DNA from: Octopus sinensis
Lineage: Eukaryota
Assembly: GCF_006345805.1 (NCBI RefSeq)
Contig: NC_043014.1
Location: 14,384,001-14,448,000, forward strand
Direction of reading: 5' to 3'
Length of the DNA stretch: 64,000 bases
Of this stretch, positions 35,060 to 48,912 are shown one piece after another. The translations under genes were made by a program, and so were the position numbers. Within the stretch, counting starts at the first letter, position 1. The number at the start of each line of letters is the position of its first letter. Under the pieces are notes generated by a model. It was given only the letters and a program-made list of their open reading frames with translations, was not told the DNA's origin and did no database searches.

Positions 35060-36061
35060 CAGTACCAGGCAGTGGCTCTCATGGCTTCTGATCTTAACTG
35101 ACTGGAAGTGTTATCATGTACATTGTTTTGTCTTGGTATAAAAGATGGGCTACAGCAAATATTCTGCTCAATACCACAGGTTTGCTTGTCAGTTGTTTGA
35201 CCTTAACCAGTTGAGCATGTCCCTTAGTGGCTGACGATATGTGCATCTCTGATCACGAGCAGAAGTAGTGGGGGAGCATCATGGCCATGTGTTGAGAGGG
35301 ATTCTTTGGAGTTTGAATGGTTCACCTCTGGAAACATAGGTGTTTCGTTCAACATCCTAAAGCAACCCTTATTCAGGGACCGTTTGAGCAGGATGGGCTA
35401 CTCAACCTGAAGAAAATTCTAACTGGGCCCCACCTGCAAGGTCATGTGTTGTTTATCTTGATATGAGATCACCATGTCGCGCACATATGGTTGTGATGCA
35501 TGTGCCTGGTGTACCTTTATCAGACGGGTAGTCATGATGGGTATATGGGCTTCGTATATAAAATATACGAAGCCCAATATACCCATCATGACTACCCGTC
35601 TGATAAAGGTACACCAGGCACATGCATCACAACCATATGTGCGCGACATGGTGATCTCATATCAAGATAAACAACACATGACCTTGCAGGTGGGGCCCAG
35701 TTAGAATTTTCTTCAGGTTGAGTAGCCCATCCTGCTCAAACGGTCCTGAATAAGGGTTGCTTTAGGATGTTGAACGAAACACCTATGTTTCCAGAGGTGA
35801 ACCATTCAAACTCCAAAGAATCCCTCTCAACACATGGCCATGATGCTCCCCCACTACTTCTGCTCGTGATCAGAGATGCACATATCGTCAGCCACTAAGG
35901 GACATGCTCAACTGGTTAAGGTCAAACAACTGACAAGCAACCTGTGGTATTGAGCAGAATATTTGCTGTAGCCCATCTTTTATACCAAGACAAAACAATG
36001 TACATGATAACACTTCCAGTCAGTTAAGATCAGAAGCCATGAGAGCCACTGCCTGGTACTG

Positions 36062-36116
<55 letters not shown>

Positions 36117-36529
36117 ACTATTGTATTTATATTTGGGTAAAATTGTCCGTGTTTTCTGTCCTTGCTGCTTTCTTCTAAGGAATCTAAAGCTCTTAGCTTA
36201 GTTTTTCCTTGGGTCTGGCCAGACTGGAGCAATTTTAACAACTACAAGCAACCAGAGGATATTGATATATTTAATATTATCAGGTGGGGTGCTCCAATTG
36301 AAACTAAAAAACATATAATATTCTCATTTCTTTGCCTATCGACAAACAATTACTAATTAAGATTGTAGCAGGTATCTACCCGTCGAAGCGAATCTATTAT
36401 CCACTTTCAGATTCCTTTTCCAGTAGTTTCATTATTGATATATTTGCTTGTTCTGGATATACAAAAATACATTAAATGGCACAATTTGAGGTATTTTCTA
36501 TATCATATGCAGCTTTTACAAATAACAAA
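34592..36529. repeat. 1938-bp near-perfect palindrome with a 3-nt spacer (35560-35562)
   Basis: The left arm 34592-35559 is the reverse complement of 35563-36529. The differences I saw are single-base indels and TAA-length changes. Confidence 0.95.
35058..35559 (+). mobile_element. Family Y copy forming the inner palindrome; its 3' end resumes at 36530-36565
   Basis: Compared with 1645-2205, the element continues gtgtcactttgatggcatg...ctcactc(aat)n right after the right arm. Confidence 0.85.
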
Positions 36530-36686
36530 GTGTCACTTTGATGGCATGAACTGCTCTCTCACTCAATAATAATAATAATAATAATAATAATGATAATAAA
36601 ACACGGACAATGTTACCAAATATAAATACAATAGTAATAATAATAATAATAATAATAATATAATGATAATGATAATGATAATAATG

Positions 36687-36741
<55 letters not shown>

Positions 36742-36831
36742 TAATAAAACACGGACAATGTTACCAAATATAAATACAATAGTAATAATAATAATAATAA
36801 TAATATAATGATAATGATAATGATAATAATG

Positions 36832-36879
<48 letters not shown>

Positions 36880-36891
<12 letters not shown>

Positions 36892-37847
36892 GAAGAAGAA
36901 GAAGAAGATGAAGAAACAACAAAAGCTATAAAACAAATGAAATCCAAACTAAAAATAGAACAGCAATGAACCATGATAAAACGATGGCAAGAAAAGCCCC
37001 TTCATGGTAAATACTGGACTAAACTAAACGCAAAAGAAATAGACAAAGAAAAATCCCAGCAATGGTTGAGAAGCTCGGGACTCAAAGCAGAAACAGAGGG
37101 AGTTTTAATTGCAGCACAAGACCAAAGCCTCCCCACCAGAAATTACCAAAAACATGTAATGAAAAGAAATATAACAAGTAACTGCAGAATATGTGGAGAT
37201 GGACAAGAAACAATAAATCATATTATCTCTAGCTGCCCAGTCCTGGCCAAGAAGGAATATATTCACAGACATGACAGAGTTGGAACCTACATACATTGGA
37301 AGCTATGCCAACATTATGGAATAACAACAGAAAAAAGATGGTATAGGCACACACCAGAAAAGGTCACAGAAAACGAGAAAGCAACCATACTCTGGGATAT
37401 GCCGATACACACAGATAGAGAAATTAAGGCTAACAGACCAGATATAGTTGTCAAAGATCATGAAGAAAAAAAAATGCTTTCTAATTGATGTATCAATACC
37501 GGCTGATTACAACGTGTCTCTAAAAGAAATGGAGAAACTCTCAAAATACAAAGACCTGGAAATAGAGGTAACCAGAATGTGGAATCTAAAAACAGAAACA
37601 ATTCCTATCATAGTAGGTGCATTAGGCATGATAAAAAAATATTCAGACAAATACATAACAAAAACATCAGGACTTACAAACACATACAACATACAGAAAA
37701 TTGCACTACTAGGCACTGCACACATCCTACGCAGAACACTTTCCATACAATAACCATCAGAGCATCACAACAAATCACAGCACATACCCAAGGCACACAG
37801 AGCTGCGCTCGGTAGTGAAGTGAAAGCACGCTATAAAAATAAAACTA

Positions 37848-37850
<3 letters not shown>
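36880..37850 (+). mobile_element. 5'-truncated R4/Dong-type RLE LINE with complete 3' end, in (TAA)n
   Basis: WQEKPLHGKY, CRICGDGQETINHIISSC knuckle, RHDRV...HWKLC, and NRPDIVV-KCFLIDVSIP-EKLSKYKDL (PD..D/E..K nuclease). One frameshift at the A9 run 37466-37474. The 3' UTR runs into (AAT)n. Confidence 0.9.
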
Positions 37851-37927
<77 letters not shown>

Positions 37928-37931
<4 letters not shown>

Positions 37932-38345
37932 CAAATATAAAGATCTTGTTGAGCAAATATAAAGATCTTGAAATAGAAATCAGCAAAATGTGGAACCTGA
38001 AGACTAAAACAATACCTGTTGTCATAGGTGCCCTGGGAATGATAGCAAAAGGGGCTGATTGATACCTAATTCAGATACCAGAAAACCCCAAAATGGCAGA
38101 AAGTCAAAAGATAGTGCTCATGGGAACTGCTCATATCCTACGCAAAATACTTTTTATGTAATCTCAAGTTTTAAAACAAACATAATTTTCGTATGGTTTT
38201 TTCGACATTCACTAGTACAACACTAAATACAAAATCAAATATATGGCACACTAGGTATAACAACAACATGAACTTCCAACCTGTTGTCTCTTGAGGTCTC
38301 TGGGTGACACTTGGAGCCAACTTGTACAAATGTAAAGCAAAAGTC
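37928..38345 (+). mobile_element. Second R4/Dong-type subfamily, 3' fragment with a different 3' UTR
   Basis: SKYKDLEIEISKMWNLKTKTIPVVIGALG...GTAHILRK. A 21-bp duplication lies at the 5' junction (37928-37948 / 37950-37970). (AAT)n on both sides. Confidence 0.85.
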
Positions 38346-38352
38346 AAACATA

Positions 38353-38423
<71 letters not shown>

Positions 38424-40219
38424 GATAAAAGACTCTGCCATAAAACACACAGATACTGCATATGGGATTCTGTGAAAATGTGTCTGCTATTTTCAGAGAA
38501 TTATGGGAAACCGAAGTGGTTCACATAAAAAAGCAGAAACTACAGAAACGGGAGTTAGTGACTGCTAGGTGCCCAATATTTTGCCAGAACAGTAGTAAGA
38601 GCGGATATGTATTTACGAGGTGGTATCTGCATTATTGAAACAGCAAGATAAAGCGAGATGTGGCGTGTACATTGCACGTTCGTATTTCTCTTTCCGGTTC
38701 CTATTCAAAATTGTTTAAAAGTCACAAAATTGTTTACAACTCACTGACCTGCAGTCGTGAAGAGCGATTCGCGCTCCGATGGTTGTGAAATAAAGACCTA
38801 AGTGCGAGGAAATTAACGGCTAAAATTGACTAAAATTGGCTAAAATTCATAAATTGAGGCCATTAATTCGAAGTCCGTATGCGGTGAGTTTACTGATATT
38901 TTCAGCAAAATGCTGCATTTTCAAAAACCGGGAAAGACAAAACTTGTATGTTCATATCCTTCTCAACGATAATTCTATATTTATAGTAGCACTGAGCATA
39001 CATACCCTTTCAACATTCATAACGCTCACTGAAAATAGTCCTGTGTGTTGTGTTTCTAACTCTCGCAAGATTTGCATTCATTGATGAGAAATAGTCCCTT
39101 ATGTTTGTAACAGCTGCAAATTTGTTGTGCTCTAGGATTTGGTTAAGACTGTAACCAACAAAGACATCCACTAAAAATATGATCTCTATTGTGTTCTAAC
39201 ACTTGTTATAGGTGTGAATTTTTTATTTCCCAACAAGGGGACAACATAGATAAGGGACAATACAATCTGACTGGGGTCAGATGGACGGATGGATATAACA
39301 TACAGATGACATTAAAAATTTACAAAAGTATTAATAAATCGAATGATAGGACAGACTGGGAGACATTACGGATGGAGCGGAAAGGCGGGTTCAATCCGGA
39401 CCCCACGAGCCCCGCTTCGCCACTGATACCTGAGATACGTCCTGCGTCGCATTCATGGGGTTACATTCACTCGCAACATCCGTGCTACATTCTTCCATCG
39501 ATTTTCAAACATTTTCACAGTCAGGCATTTTTTTCCTGCCCTGTCTTTAAGGTAAAAGGTGAAATAATTCACTAAATTACGGCCGGAGATGAAAGTGCCT
39601 GACTTTAATCTTTTCTGTCTCGTCAAACAACGATGTTATTTTCTAAAGAAAGTGGAAAATTCAGTGAAATAAAGATTTGGACCGTTGAAAACCTATCAAT
39701 AACCTATCATAACATGAAATATAAAATCTATATTATAAGAGCCGTGTATGTCCATCCGTCTGACCATCTCTCCGTCCGTCGTCTGTCCATCTATACACTC
39801 GTTTGTCCGTCTCTCCATCTGTTTATCCGTCTGTCCGTTCGTCTATTCGTCCTTCTCTATATTCACATGAATTCAGAAGAAATCTTTCAACCGGAAATTA
39901 CGAGACAACAATGGGCTGAATCAAGTGAAAGAAACCAAAGACGGAAAGATAACTGAAGGGAAAATGTATATTTGTTTACGTTTTGGTAGGAATTACAAAT
40001 TATTTTTTAATGAAATTAAATACATTTCTGCTTTATATATCAAAATAAATGTAAAATTCTACCCTGGGAAATAGCATGGTTTGTGGGTTTTCGTTTTGTA
40101 GTTTCTGAATAAAATCCGGATATAGTCACAAAGACATGTTCGCTCTAGTAAATATGTGTGTACATAAACACACACACATACACACACAACACACATATAT
40201 GTACATATATGTATATATA

Positions 40220-40279
<60 letters not shown>

Positions 40280-40327
40280 GAATGTATATGTATGTATGTG
40301 TATGTATGTATGTATATATATGTGTGT

Positions 40328-40372
<45 letters not shown>

Positions 40373-40598
40373 ATATATAATATATATATATATATATATA
40401 ATATGTTCATCGCGAAACAATATGCTTATTGCTCGGCGAATGCTTTCTAAAATTCGCACACAAATCTAAAACCATTCCGGAAGAATGCATGAAAGGAAAA
40501 ATTGCTGGGTCTGAAGTCTCCCTGGGGGCAAAAGGATTCAAGAAAAGGAGGATTCAAGAAAAGAAGTAATAAAAGGCAATTTCACTCACTGTCTTACA

Positions 40599-40649
<51 letters not shown>

Positions 40650-40744
40650 TCTCCCCCTCTCTCTCAATCAACACAACTCACATCCAGATATTGTCACGGA
40701 TGTCTCTTACCCAACAATACACAAACAGTATATACTGATTCCAA

Positions 40745-40955
40745 ATCTTGGCACAAGGCCCGTAATTTCAGGGAAGGGGTAGTCGATTACATGCACACCC
40801 CCACCCCAGTGATCAACTAGTACTTATTTTATCGACCTCGAAAGGATGAAAGGTAAAGTCGTCCTCGCTGGAATTTGATCTCAGAACTTAAAGACGGACG
40901 AAATGCCGCTAAACATTTTACCCGGCGTGTTAACGATTCGGCCAACTCGCCGCCA
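40745..40955 (-). mobile_element. SINE family 1, tail B
   Basis: Reverse-complement match. Confidence 0.8.
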
Positions 40956-41175
40956 TATAGGTTGTATACATTGGAACAGTAGTTACTAAAATTCCTTATG
41001 CTATCTTCGGAAAGTTAGTATTCAGTTTCAAATGCCATGGAAGGTAGAAAGAGAGAATATAATCTTTTTCTTTATAGTACAATTTGTCTATCTTTATATG
41101 ATGTTTAGGCGTTAAGTGTGTGTGTGTGTGTGTGCGTGCGTGTTTGTGAGTATATATGTATGTATGCATGTATGT

Positions 41176-41355
41176 ATACTGAAAAGTTCCTGGCTTTGGA
41201 TAAAAGAAAATACTGGGGTATCAGTTAATTATGATTAATACACTTTGCAGCAGTCCTTCAGTTTTTCTAAGCCCTGTAAAAGAACGTAGAAGGTTGGACC
41301 TCCAACTAGGCCTTTCATGACACCATTAAAGCCAGAAATTTTTCAGCACCCCGCC

Positions 41356-41362
<7 letters not shown>
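41176..41362. mobile_element. Small mariner-type MITE
   Basis: Left tgaaaagttcctggcttt against right (reverse complement) cggggtgctgaaaaatttctggcttt. TA-rich flanks. Confidence 0.6.
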
Positions 41363-41399
<37 letters not shown>

Positions 41400-41407
<8 letters not shown>

Positions 41408-41700
41408 CAAAATGGGACAAGAATGCAAAATATCCGGAGAGCTAGGTGATACAAAAAGGACAACAAAACATCCAGATAGACAATACAAAGAAAACAAGGA
41501 CGGGTCATTCGAAGTTTTCTTTCCTCAATCAAGCACCAGATTATCCTCGCAATTTCGGCTGATTATTCTTGAGATTGCTCAAGTCTGGCCAGCCCCAAGG
41601 AAAAACTAAGCTAAGAGCATTAGATTCGTTGGAAGAAAGCAGCGAATGTATACAAAAACAAGGACGGAAAAAATGGACAATGTTACCCAAATATAAATAT
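41400..41700 (+). mobile_element. Family X non-coding retroelement 3' part, ending in (AAT)n
   Basis: Shares blocks with 12975-13115, 34880-35000, 36600-36640 and 36747-36785. Ends ggacaatgttacccaaatataaata(aat)n. Confidence 0.65.
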
Positions 41701-41710
41701 AATAATAATG

Positions 41711-41778
<68 letters not shown>

Positions 41779-42269
41779 TATAATAATAATAATAACAAGA
41801 CATAACAACAGGTGGCTTTCGACTAAGGACGAATTGAATTAAGCTGGCGCGTGTGGAAATGAAGCCTACGGCAGAGATACCAGGAATTTCACAAACACAG
41901 GGAAGAATATCGATGTTGCACGGACAACGGTCAGACCCAGAAAGAAAGAGCATTCTTTGCCGAACGGCGGTCACGTGGGAAGAGAAGAGGGAGAAGTAGA
42001 AGCGGAGGGACAGAAGAATTAAGGAGGGACGAGAAAAAATGACAGGAACACAGTGAAGTGAAAAGTGGAGGGAAAGTGAGTAAGAAGAGAAGGCAAAGAA
42101 ATGTGAGAGAGAGAGGGAACGAAAGAACGAAGATTGGAATGAACGAATAAGCGGAAAGGGTTGATAGACAGAAAGAATAGAGTCGTACAATAAATTTCTT
42201 CCAAGGATTATTATTATTACTATATGTGTATGTGTGTATAAAATGTAGATGTGTGTGTATTCTTTTACT

Positions 42270-42670
42270 CTTCTACTCTTTTACTTGTTTCAGTCATTTG
42301 ACTGCGGCCATGCTGGAGCACCGCCTTTAGTCGAACCAATCGAGCCCAGGACTTATTCTTTGTAAGCCCAGTACTTATTCTATCGGTCTCTTTTGCCGAA
42401 CCGCTAGGTGACGGCGACGTAAACACACCAGCATCGGTGGTCAAGCAATGCTAGGGGGGACAAACATAGACACACAAACATACACACACATATATATATA
42501 CATATGTGCGACGGGCTTCTTTCAGTTTCCGTCTACCAAATCCACTCACAAGGCTTTGGTCGGCTCGAGGCTATAGTAGAAGACACTTGCCCAAGGTGCC
42601 ACGCAGTGGGACTGAACCCGGAACCATGTGGTTGGTAAGCAAGCTACTTATCACACAGCCACTCCTGCGC
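42270..42670 (-). mobile_element. SINE family 2
   Basis: Reverse-complement match. Confidence 0.85.
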
Positions 42671-42911
42671 CTGTATGTATATGTATGTATATATATATTG
42701 TATGTATGTACGTATACACACACATGCACACACACACACATACACACATATGCACACACACACATACACATACACATATACATACACATACATACATACA
42801 CACACACACATACACACACACATGTACACACACACACATACATACACACACACACACATACACACACACACACACACATGCACACACACACACACATACA
42901 CACACACACAT

Positions 42912-43335
42912 ACAAGGTGCTTCAGCTAAATGAGTTTTTCGAGAAGAAAACATTTAATAACAATAAGTGGTTCAAACTTTAACGGAATATCCTCTTTATT
43001 TTAAACCCCAACATGGAAGCTTCGAATTTAATGCAGCTGGCGAAGAGACATGCTACGCTCGTCGCCTTTCCGACCAATCACAGTGATTTTGAGATTACAA
43101 TCTTTTTAAATGTTGCCGGCCTAAATGAAAGGAATATTCTCGACGGTCAAAACTTATTCAGAAAAGTAGATTTTGTCTATCAAGTCCAAGACATTATCAA
43201 CGAGATTCCTGGCAAGTCAATGAGGGCCATTGCCTATCATCTCCATGCGTATGAGTCAACGATTTAACATGTGGTGTACGAAGACATCAGATACAAATCC
43301 TATGTTATGAGAAGAGGGTAGTTCAAGTCCGATAA
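42912..43335 (+). mobile_element. Tc1/mariner-superfamily transposase remnant (HTH region)
   Basis: VQDIINEIPGKSMRAIAYHL..ESTI*HVVYEDIRYKSYVMRRG. Confidence 0.7.
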
Positions 43336-44429
43336 GACTTGAAAGAACCGTGTTACGTCGCAATAACTTAGCGGCTTGGCAAAATAATTCGATAAAATAA
43401 GTACCAGGCTTTAAAAAGTACTGGGGGCCGATTCATCCGACTAAAAAAAATCTTCAAAGCGGTACCCCAGAATGGCCGCAGTCTAATGATTGAAACAAGT
43501 CAAAAATAAAAGAAATAAATATGATCGTGTGTGCGTCTGTGTTTATGTTTGTTCCCCTCTTCCGCTTGACAACCGCTGCTGGTTTGTTTACATCCCAATA
43601 ACCTAACAGTTCATTAAAAGATACCGATAATGATAAGCATCAGACTTTTAAAAAATGTAGTTACTGGGGTCGATTTTGTTCGATTTAAACCCTCCACGGT
43701 GGTTCCCCAGCATGGCCGCAGTCCAGTGACTGAAACCGGTACAGGAAGAAGATAAAGGATGATAGGTGTACCCGTGAAAGTTTTAGTTTTAGCTTCGAAG
43801 AAGATGGATATGTTTTTTATCAAAGACTTAAATATTATTCTTATAAAGCTTGAAGGATGCTGTTGATGAAAAAAATCAAGTTTATACAAGCGGGAAAAGT
43901 TTAATAGGTTCATACTGGAAAATGCGTTATTGGAACCGGTAGCGGTATTTCGTCTGTCTACGTTCTTGAGTAAGGCACCTCATTTTATGTGGTTCCAATT
44001 CACTCCGTTGACTACGAGTCGCATCTGCTGCTCGATGTCACCACAGATGATTTATCAAGGAATACAAGACGGTAACGGCTGTGAATTGTAATGGGTGCAA
44101 CATACTGGATGATGATGATGATGATGATGAGGAGGAGGAGGAGGAGAAGGATGATGATGAGGAGGAGCGGGATGATGATGATGATGAAGAGGAGAAGAAG
44201 GATGATGATGAGGAGGAGCAGGATGATGATGATGATGGTAGTATTGGTAGTGATGATGATGATATCCGACCACCCCATCTATATTTCGATAGGAAAGCTT
44301 TGAACTCACCTTCGCGAGGTAGTGCTTACAATTATGAATAATACAGTGCTTCTGGTGTTTGTAGCTGGAGTGTGGTGGTGGTGGGATCTGTATCAACTCT
44401 ATGTAGCTGTTAACAACATGTTGGAGTTG

Positions 44430-45062
44430 AAATTGTCACAAATATTCTTTTCTACCCTAGGTACAAAGCCCGAAATGTTGTAGGAGGGAGCCAGTTGATT
44501 AGATCAACCCCATTAAGTACGCAGCTGGTATTTAATTTATCGACCCTGAAAGAATGAAAGACGAAGTCGACCTCGGCGGAATTTGGACTCAGAACATAAA
44601 GACAGACGAAATACAGTTAAGCATTTCGCTCGGCATGCTAACGTTTCTTATTTCTTTATTGCCCACAAGGGGATACACACAGAGGGGACAAACTAGGACA
44701 TACAAAGGGATTAAGTTGATTATATCGACCCCAGTGCGTAACTGGTACTTAATTTATCGAGCCCGAAAGTATGAAAGGCAAAATCGAGCTCCGCGGAATT
44801 TGAACTCAGACCGTAGTGACAGACGAATACCTACTTCTTTACTACCCACAAGGGGCTAAACACAGAGAGGACAAACAAGGACAGACAAACGGATTAAGTC
44901 GATTATATCGATCCTAGTGCGTAACTGGTACTTAATTTATCGACCCCGAAAGGATGAAAGTTAAAGTCGAACTCGGGGGAATTTGAACTCAGAACGTAGC
45001 GGCAGTCGAAATACTGCTAAGCATTTCGCCCGGCGTGCTAACGTGTCTGCCAGCTCGCCACC
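44430..45062 (-). mobile_element. SINE family 1 trimer-like array
   Basis: Three cores. Junction gaatacctacttc at ~44825-44837. The last unit has a head and tail B. Confidence 0.8.
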
Positions 45063-45964
45063 TTAGAGACTGCCACAGATATTATAAGAAGTATTGTTTG
45101 TGCATGCGTAATCAGTGAGATATACATTTGTGTGGGCAAGTGCGTGTCTGAGCTTTTATACCTCTCCACGTGACTGCATATGTCGTGCGCGAGTTTACTT
45201 CTTTTTGTGACCACGTGTGTAATAAACACGTGCCTGTGTATATATGTGCGTCTGCATAAAAGGTACACATTATACTGCATTACTGAGAATCAGAGAAGGA
45301 GGAGCAATGCCAACGTCCTTTTTAAAGGTTTCCGTGGCTGGTAGGAGGAAGAGAGGAAGTCATTCTCCGACCAGAGTCCTGATCTAAATACTTGCAACAG
45401 AATGGACTCCGTCCAAGACACCCGAGGTCTGGGTTGCGAAGACTGATATTTCTATATATAAATCTTAAGTTCTTTATCGTCCTCCAAAAGACAGGTGTGT
45501 AGTTAACAATTTCTCTCCGCAACAACAGGGTTCCGCATTAGATCCCATCTCATCGCGCGGCACCTCAATTGAGTGTCATCTACCTTCTACCATAACTTCG
45601 AGTCGGCCTAAAACTCGTGAATGACAATATGTGGACGGAAACTATGAAGAATCCCGTTCATGTTTTGGGATGGTAGGCTTACTACTTCGCCCGGTTTTAC
45701 ACCACAGCACAGATTTGAGGTGTCTTAGACAAAGTCCATTCCGCTACAAGTATTTAGATCAGGTTTCAGGTCTGAGAATAACTCCCTCTCCTCTTTTTCT
45801 CCTGCCAGACACGGAAACCTTTAAAAAGGAAGTTGGCACTTCTTTTTTCTTCTATGACTGAAACATTAAACCTCACCCCAGCCAAAACAACTAGCACTTA
45901 TAGAAACAATTAGCACCTATTGACAACATGGTCAATTCTGCGTTGCGTATTTAAAAAAAAATTG

Positions 45965-46410
45965 AACAAGGAAGTTTGCTCCTCAACCAGATGGTTACGA
46001 ATTCAGAATCGCTGCATGGCACCTTGGGCAAGTGTTTTTTACTATAGCATTATGACTGGATTTAGAAGATGGAAACTGAGAGAAGCCCGTCGTGTGTGTG
46101 TGCTTGTATGTGTATGTGTCTTTGTGTGTGTGTGTGTGTGGTTGTGTGTGTGTGTTTGTGTATGTGCATATGTGTGTATGAGTGTATGTGCGTATGTATG
46201 TGCGTGTCCATGCTTGTCCGCTATAACGGCTTGAGAACCGGTTTTGGTGTGTTTACGTCCCCGTAACTTAGCAGCTCGGCAAAAGGGACGGATAGAATAA
46301 GTACCAGGCTTAAAAAAGTAAAAACCAAAAGACAAAGAAGTACTGGGGTTGAATAATCCGATTAAAATTTCACAAGGCGGTGCCCCAACATGGCCGCAGT
46401 CTAATGACTA
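45965..46410 (+). mobile_element. SINE family 2 (diverged)
   Basis: gcaccttgggcaagtg...ggccgcagtctaatgact. Confidence 0.75.
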
Positions 46411-47870
46411 CAACAAATAAAAGACAGAAGATAACGGATAGAATTGAATGGAGTTATAATCCGGCGGTACATACTTGTTTTTGTATTTTTCACCTTTCTT
46501 GTTACTGGCGGTGGCGCTGAAGCACTGCGTCGGTGAATTGGGTATGCCATCGTATGTGACATTTTTGCTTTTTGGTTTTCCCTTTTGGGAAGCTCGCCAA
46601 ATGCTTTGTTAAACCAAATAACAGTTGAAACAACTGCAAAAACTTATATGGTTGAGGTTGCCTCCAAACGACGTTGAGACTGTTTGAATATCGTCCATAT
46701 TATCAAAACTGATGACATGATGTCATGCAACTGTTATGACGTCACTTTCTTGTGTAGAAATTTTGTTGAAGTTATTTTAGCAAGAAGCGTACATGCAAGA
46801 AGATAAGAACGACCTTTAGCAAGAAGCCACATAAGCAAGAAGATAAGCGTAAATTTCAGACGTTATTTAATTTATTGCCAAGTTGAACTTAGATATCATA
46901 AATGTTTATGCTGTCGTTATTGTTGTAGTAGTAGTTGAACTCGTAGTCCGGCCTTAATTAAGTAAATATTTCATCAAGAGTATTTATTTCGTTTACAACC
47001 ATTCCGGTTTTTTCTCAATATCTAGATCAGTCATAGGAAAACTGCGGGTCGCTGGACTTTCTGAATGGCACATCTAACGAAAATTTACCTTAAATTTTTT
47101 TTAGTAGTGCGACTCGCTTCATAATGATCTATGCGGTCTGCTTCTCGAAAAAGGTTGTTCATTCTTGTCTAGATCTACATTACCCCGTATAATCCTAGTT
47201 TCTTCTCTTCCTTCTTTGTTAACGTCAGTAGGATGTTATTTCAGGGATCTGAGGGAGATTGAGGTGCTATCTTAGCTAGATCAATGGTTCCGTTGAAGAA
47301 CATTTCGTGCCTTCATTGACTGATGCGATCTGTATCTTCCAGCGAAAGCAGATAAAATAAAAGCGATATCGATACTAACTCTTAGAGCACTTCGTCTGGA
47401 ATCGGTGGTCATTCGGGATCCTATAGTAGAAAACACTTGCCCAAGGTACCGTGCTGTGAGACTGAACTCGTATCCATCTGATTGAGGAGCAAACTTCCTT
47501 GTTCAATTTTTTTAAATATGCAGAATTGACCATGTTGTTAATAGTTGTTAGTTGTTTCTTTTAGTGCTGGTTGTTTTGGTTAAGGTAAGGTTTAATGTTT
47601 TAGTCAGAGAAGGAAGAGCAGTGCCAACGTCCTTTTTAAAGGTTTCCGTGACTGGGAGGAGGAAGAGAGGAAATTATTCTTAGACCAGAGGCCCGATCCG
47701 ACAAAGCTATGCTTATGTGGTTAAGATGTTCAATTCGCAACTACGTGGTGTCGGGTTCAATCCTATGCGGCGGTGGCTCCTTGAGCAAATGTATTCTTTA
47801 CATAGTCGCGGGTTGTCGAATGCTTTGTAAAACAAATTTGGGAGACAGAAGCTGTGCAGAAACCCTTTGA

Positions 47871-47932
<62 letters not shown>

Positions 47933-48159
47933 GTATGTGTACACGTGCAATAGCTGATTCATTCGGATTTGCACTACTAAAAGCTTCACAAACTCAAAAA
48001 GCTTGCTGCTATCCCGCATGCTTTAATAGTGTTAAACTCCTAATACTAATGTTAATACTAAATAAAAACACAAAGATGATCATACTTATTTTTTGTGCCT
48101 GTAAAACAATTAGTAATGAATGCCTGAGTCGACTGTTAATATATATATTTAACCTCCGT

Positions 48160-48765
48160 GGCACATGGTGAGTGCTCTTTTGAGCTTCTTGCCGTGATAA
48201 AGGTTCATCAGAGACCATGGATGGCAGGAGGTCAAGCTGTTTTCTGAAAACATCTACCCCTACTCCATGAAGATCCCTCAAATATTTTGGCGAGACATTT
48301 AATAGCTGTGTGCCCATGAATCCCAAGCTACAGCAGTACATGGTCCTTAATCTAGATGGGATAGCTGGGACCTTTGGAACAGTGTAGCGGCGCCCAGTTC
48401 GGGGGTTAGTATAGCTCTTGATGCCATGGTTTAGTACCAATCCCTCCAGGATCTTCCACTTTATACCTCACCCGTCACTTTATATCACTTTATAACTCTC
48501 CCGTCTTCGTTCCAGGGAGTAGAGTCGTTGCTCTTTCATTCTCTCCCAATAGCTCAGATGTTCCATTGATGCAATCTTCCTGGTGTAGCACCGCTGAACT
48601 GCTTCAAGTTCGTTGTTAATTCGACAGAGTGGGGTGACCACAGTTAAGAGCAATAATCCAGACAACTGAGTACAAGTGTCCTCCATAGAACCAGTATAGT
48701 TTGCTGGCCCCTTGTTCTGAAGGTTCACAAAATCCATCCGGCCATTCCCTTGCACATTGCCACTA
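48160..48765 (-). mobile_element. CR1/L2-group LINE 3' coding remnant
   Basis: LEAVQRCYTRKI...LSYWERMKEQRLYSLERRRE, then GRRYTVP...LLNVSPKYLR...FRKQLD. Confidence 0.75.
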
Positions 48766-48912
48766 TCTTGGTGATATGGATGTGAAACGAGCTGGTATGG
48801 TGTGCCCTCGCCTAATCACATATATACACACACATTAGAGTAACTGTAAACATGATCATTAAAATAAAGATCATCCCCACCAAAAGCCATTTCTACTCAT
48901 TTTCTCATATAT

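Noticed and set aside
44081-44341. Acidic D/E-rich 86-aa ORF
   Set aside because: It is a (GAT)/(GAG) repeat with non-conserved flanks.
47040-47400. Possible very old Gypsy RT/RNase H linker on the minus strand
   Set aside because: The resemblance is too weak to support by eye.
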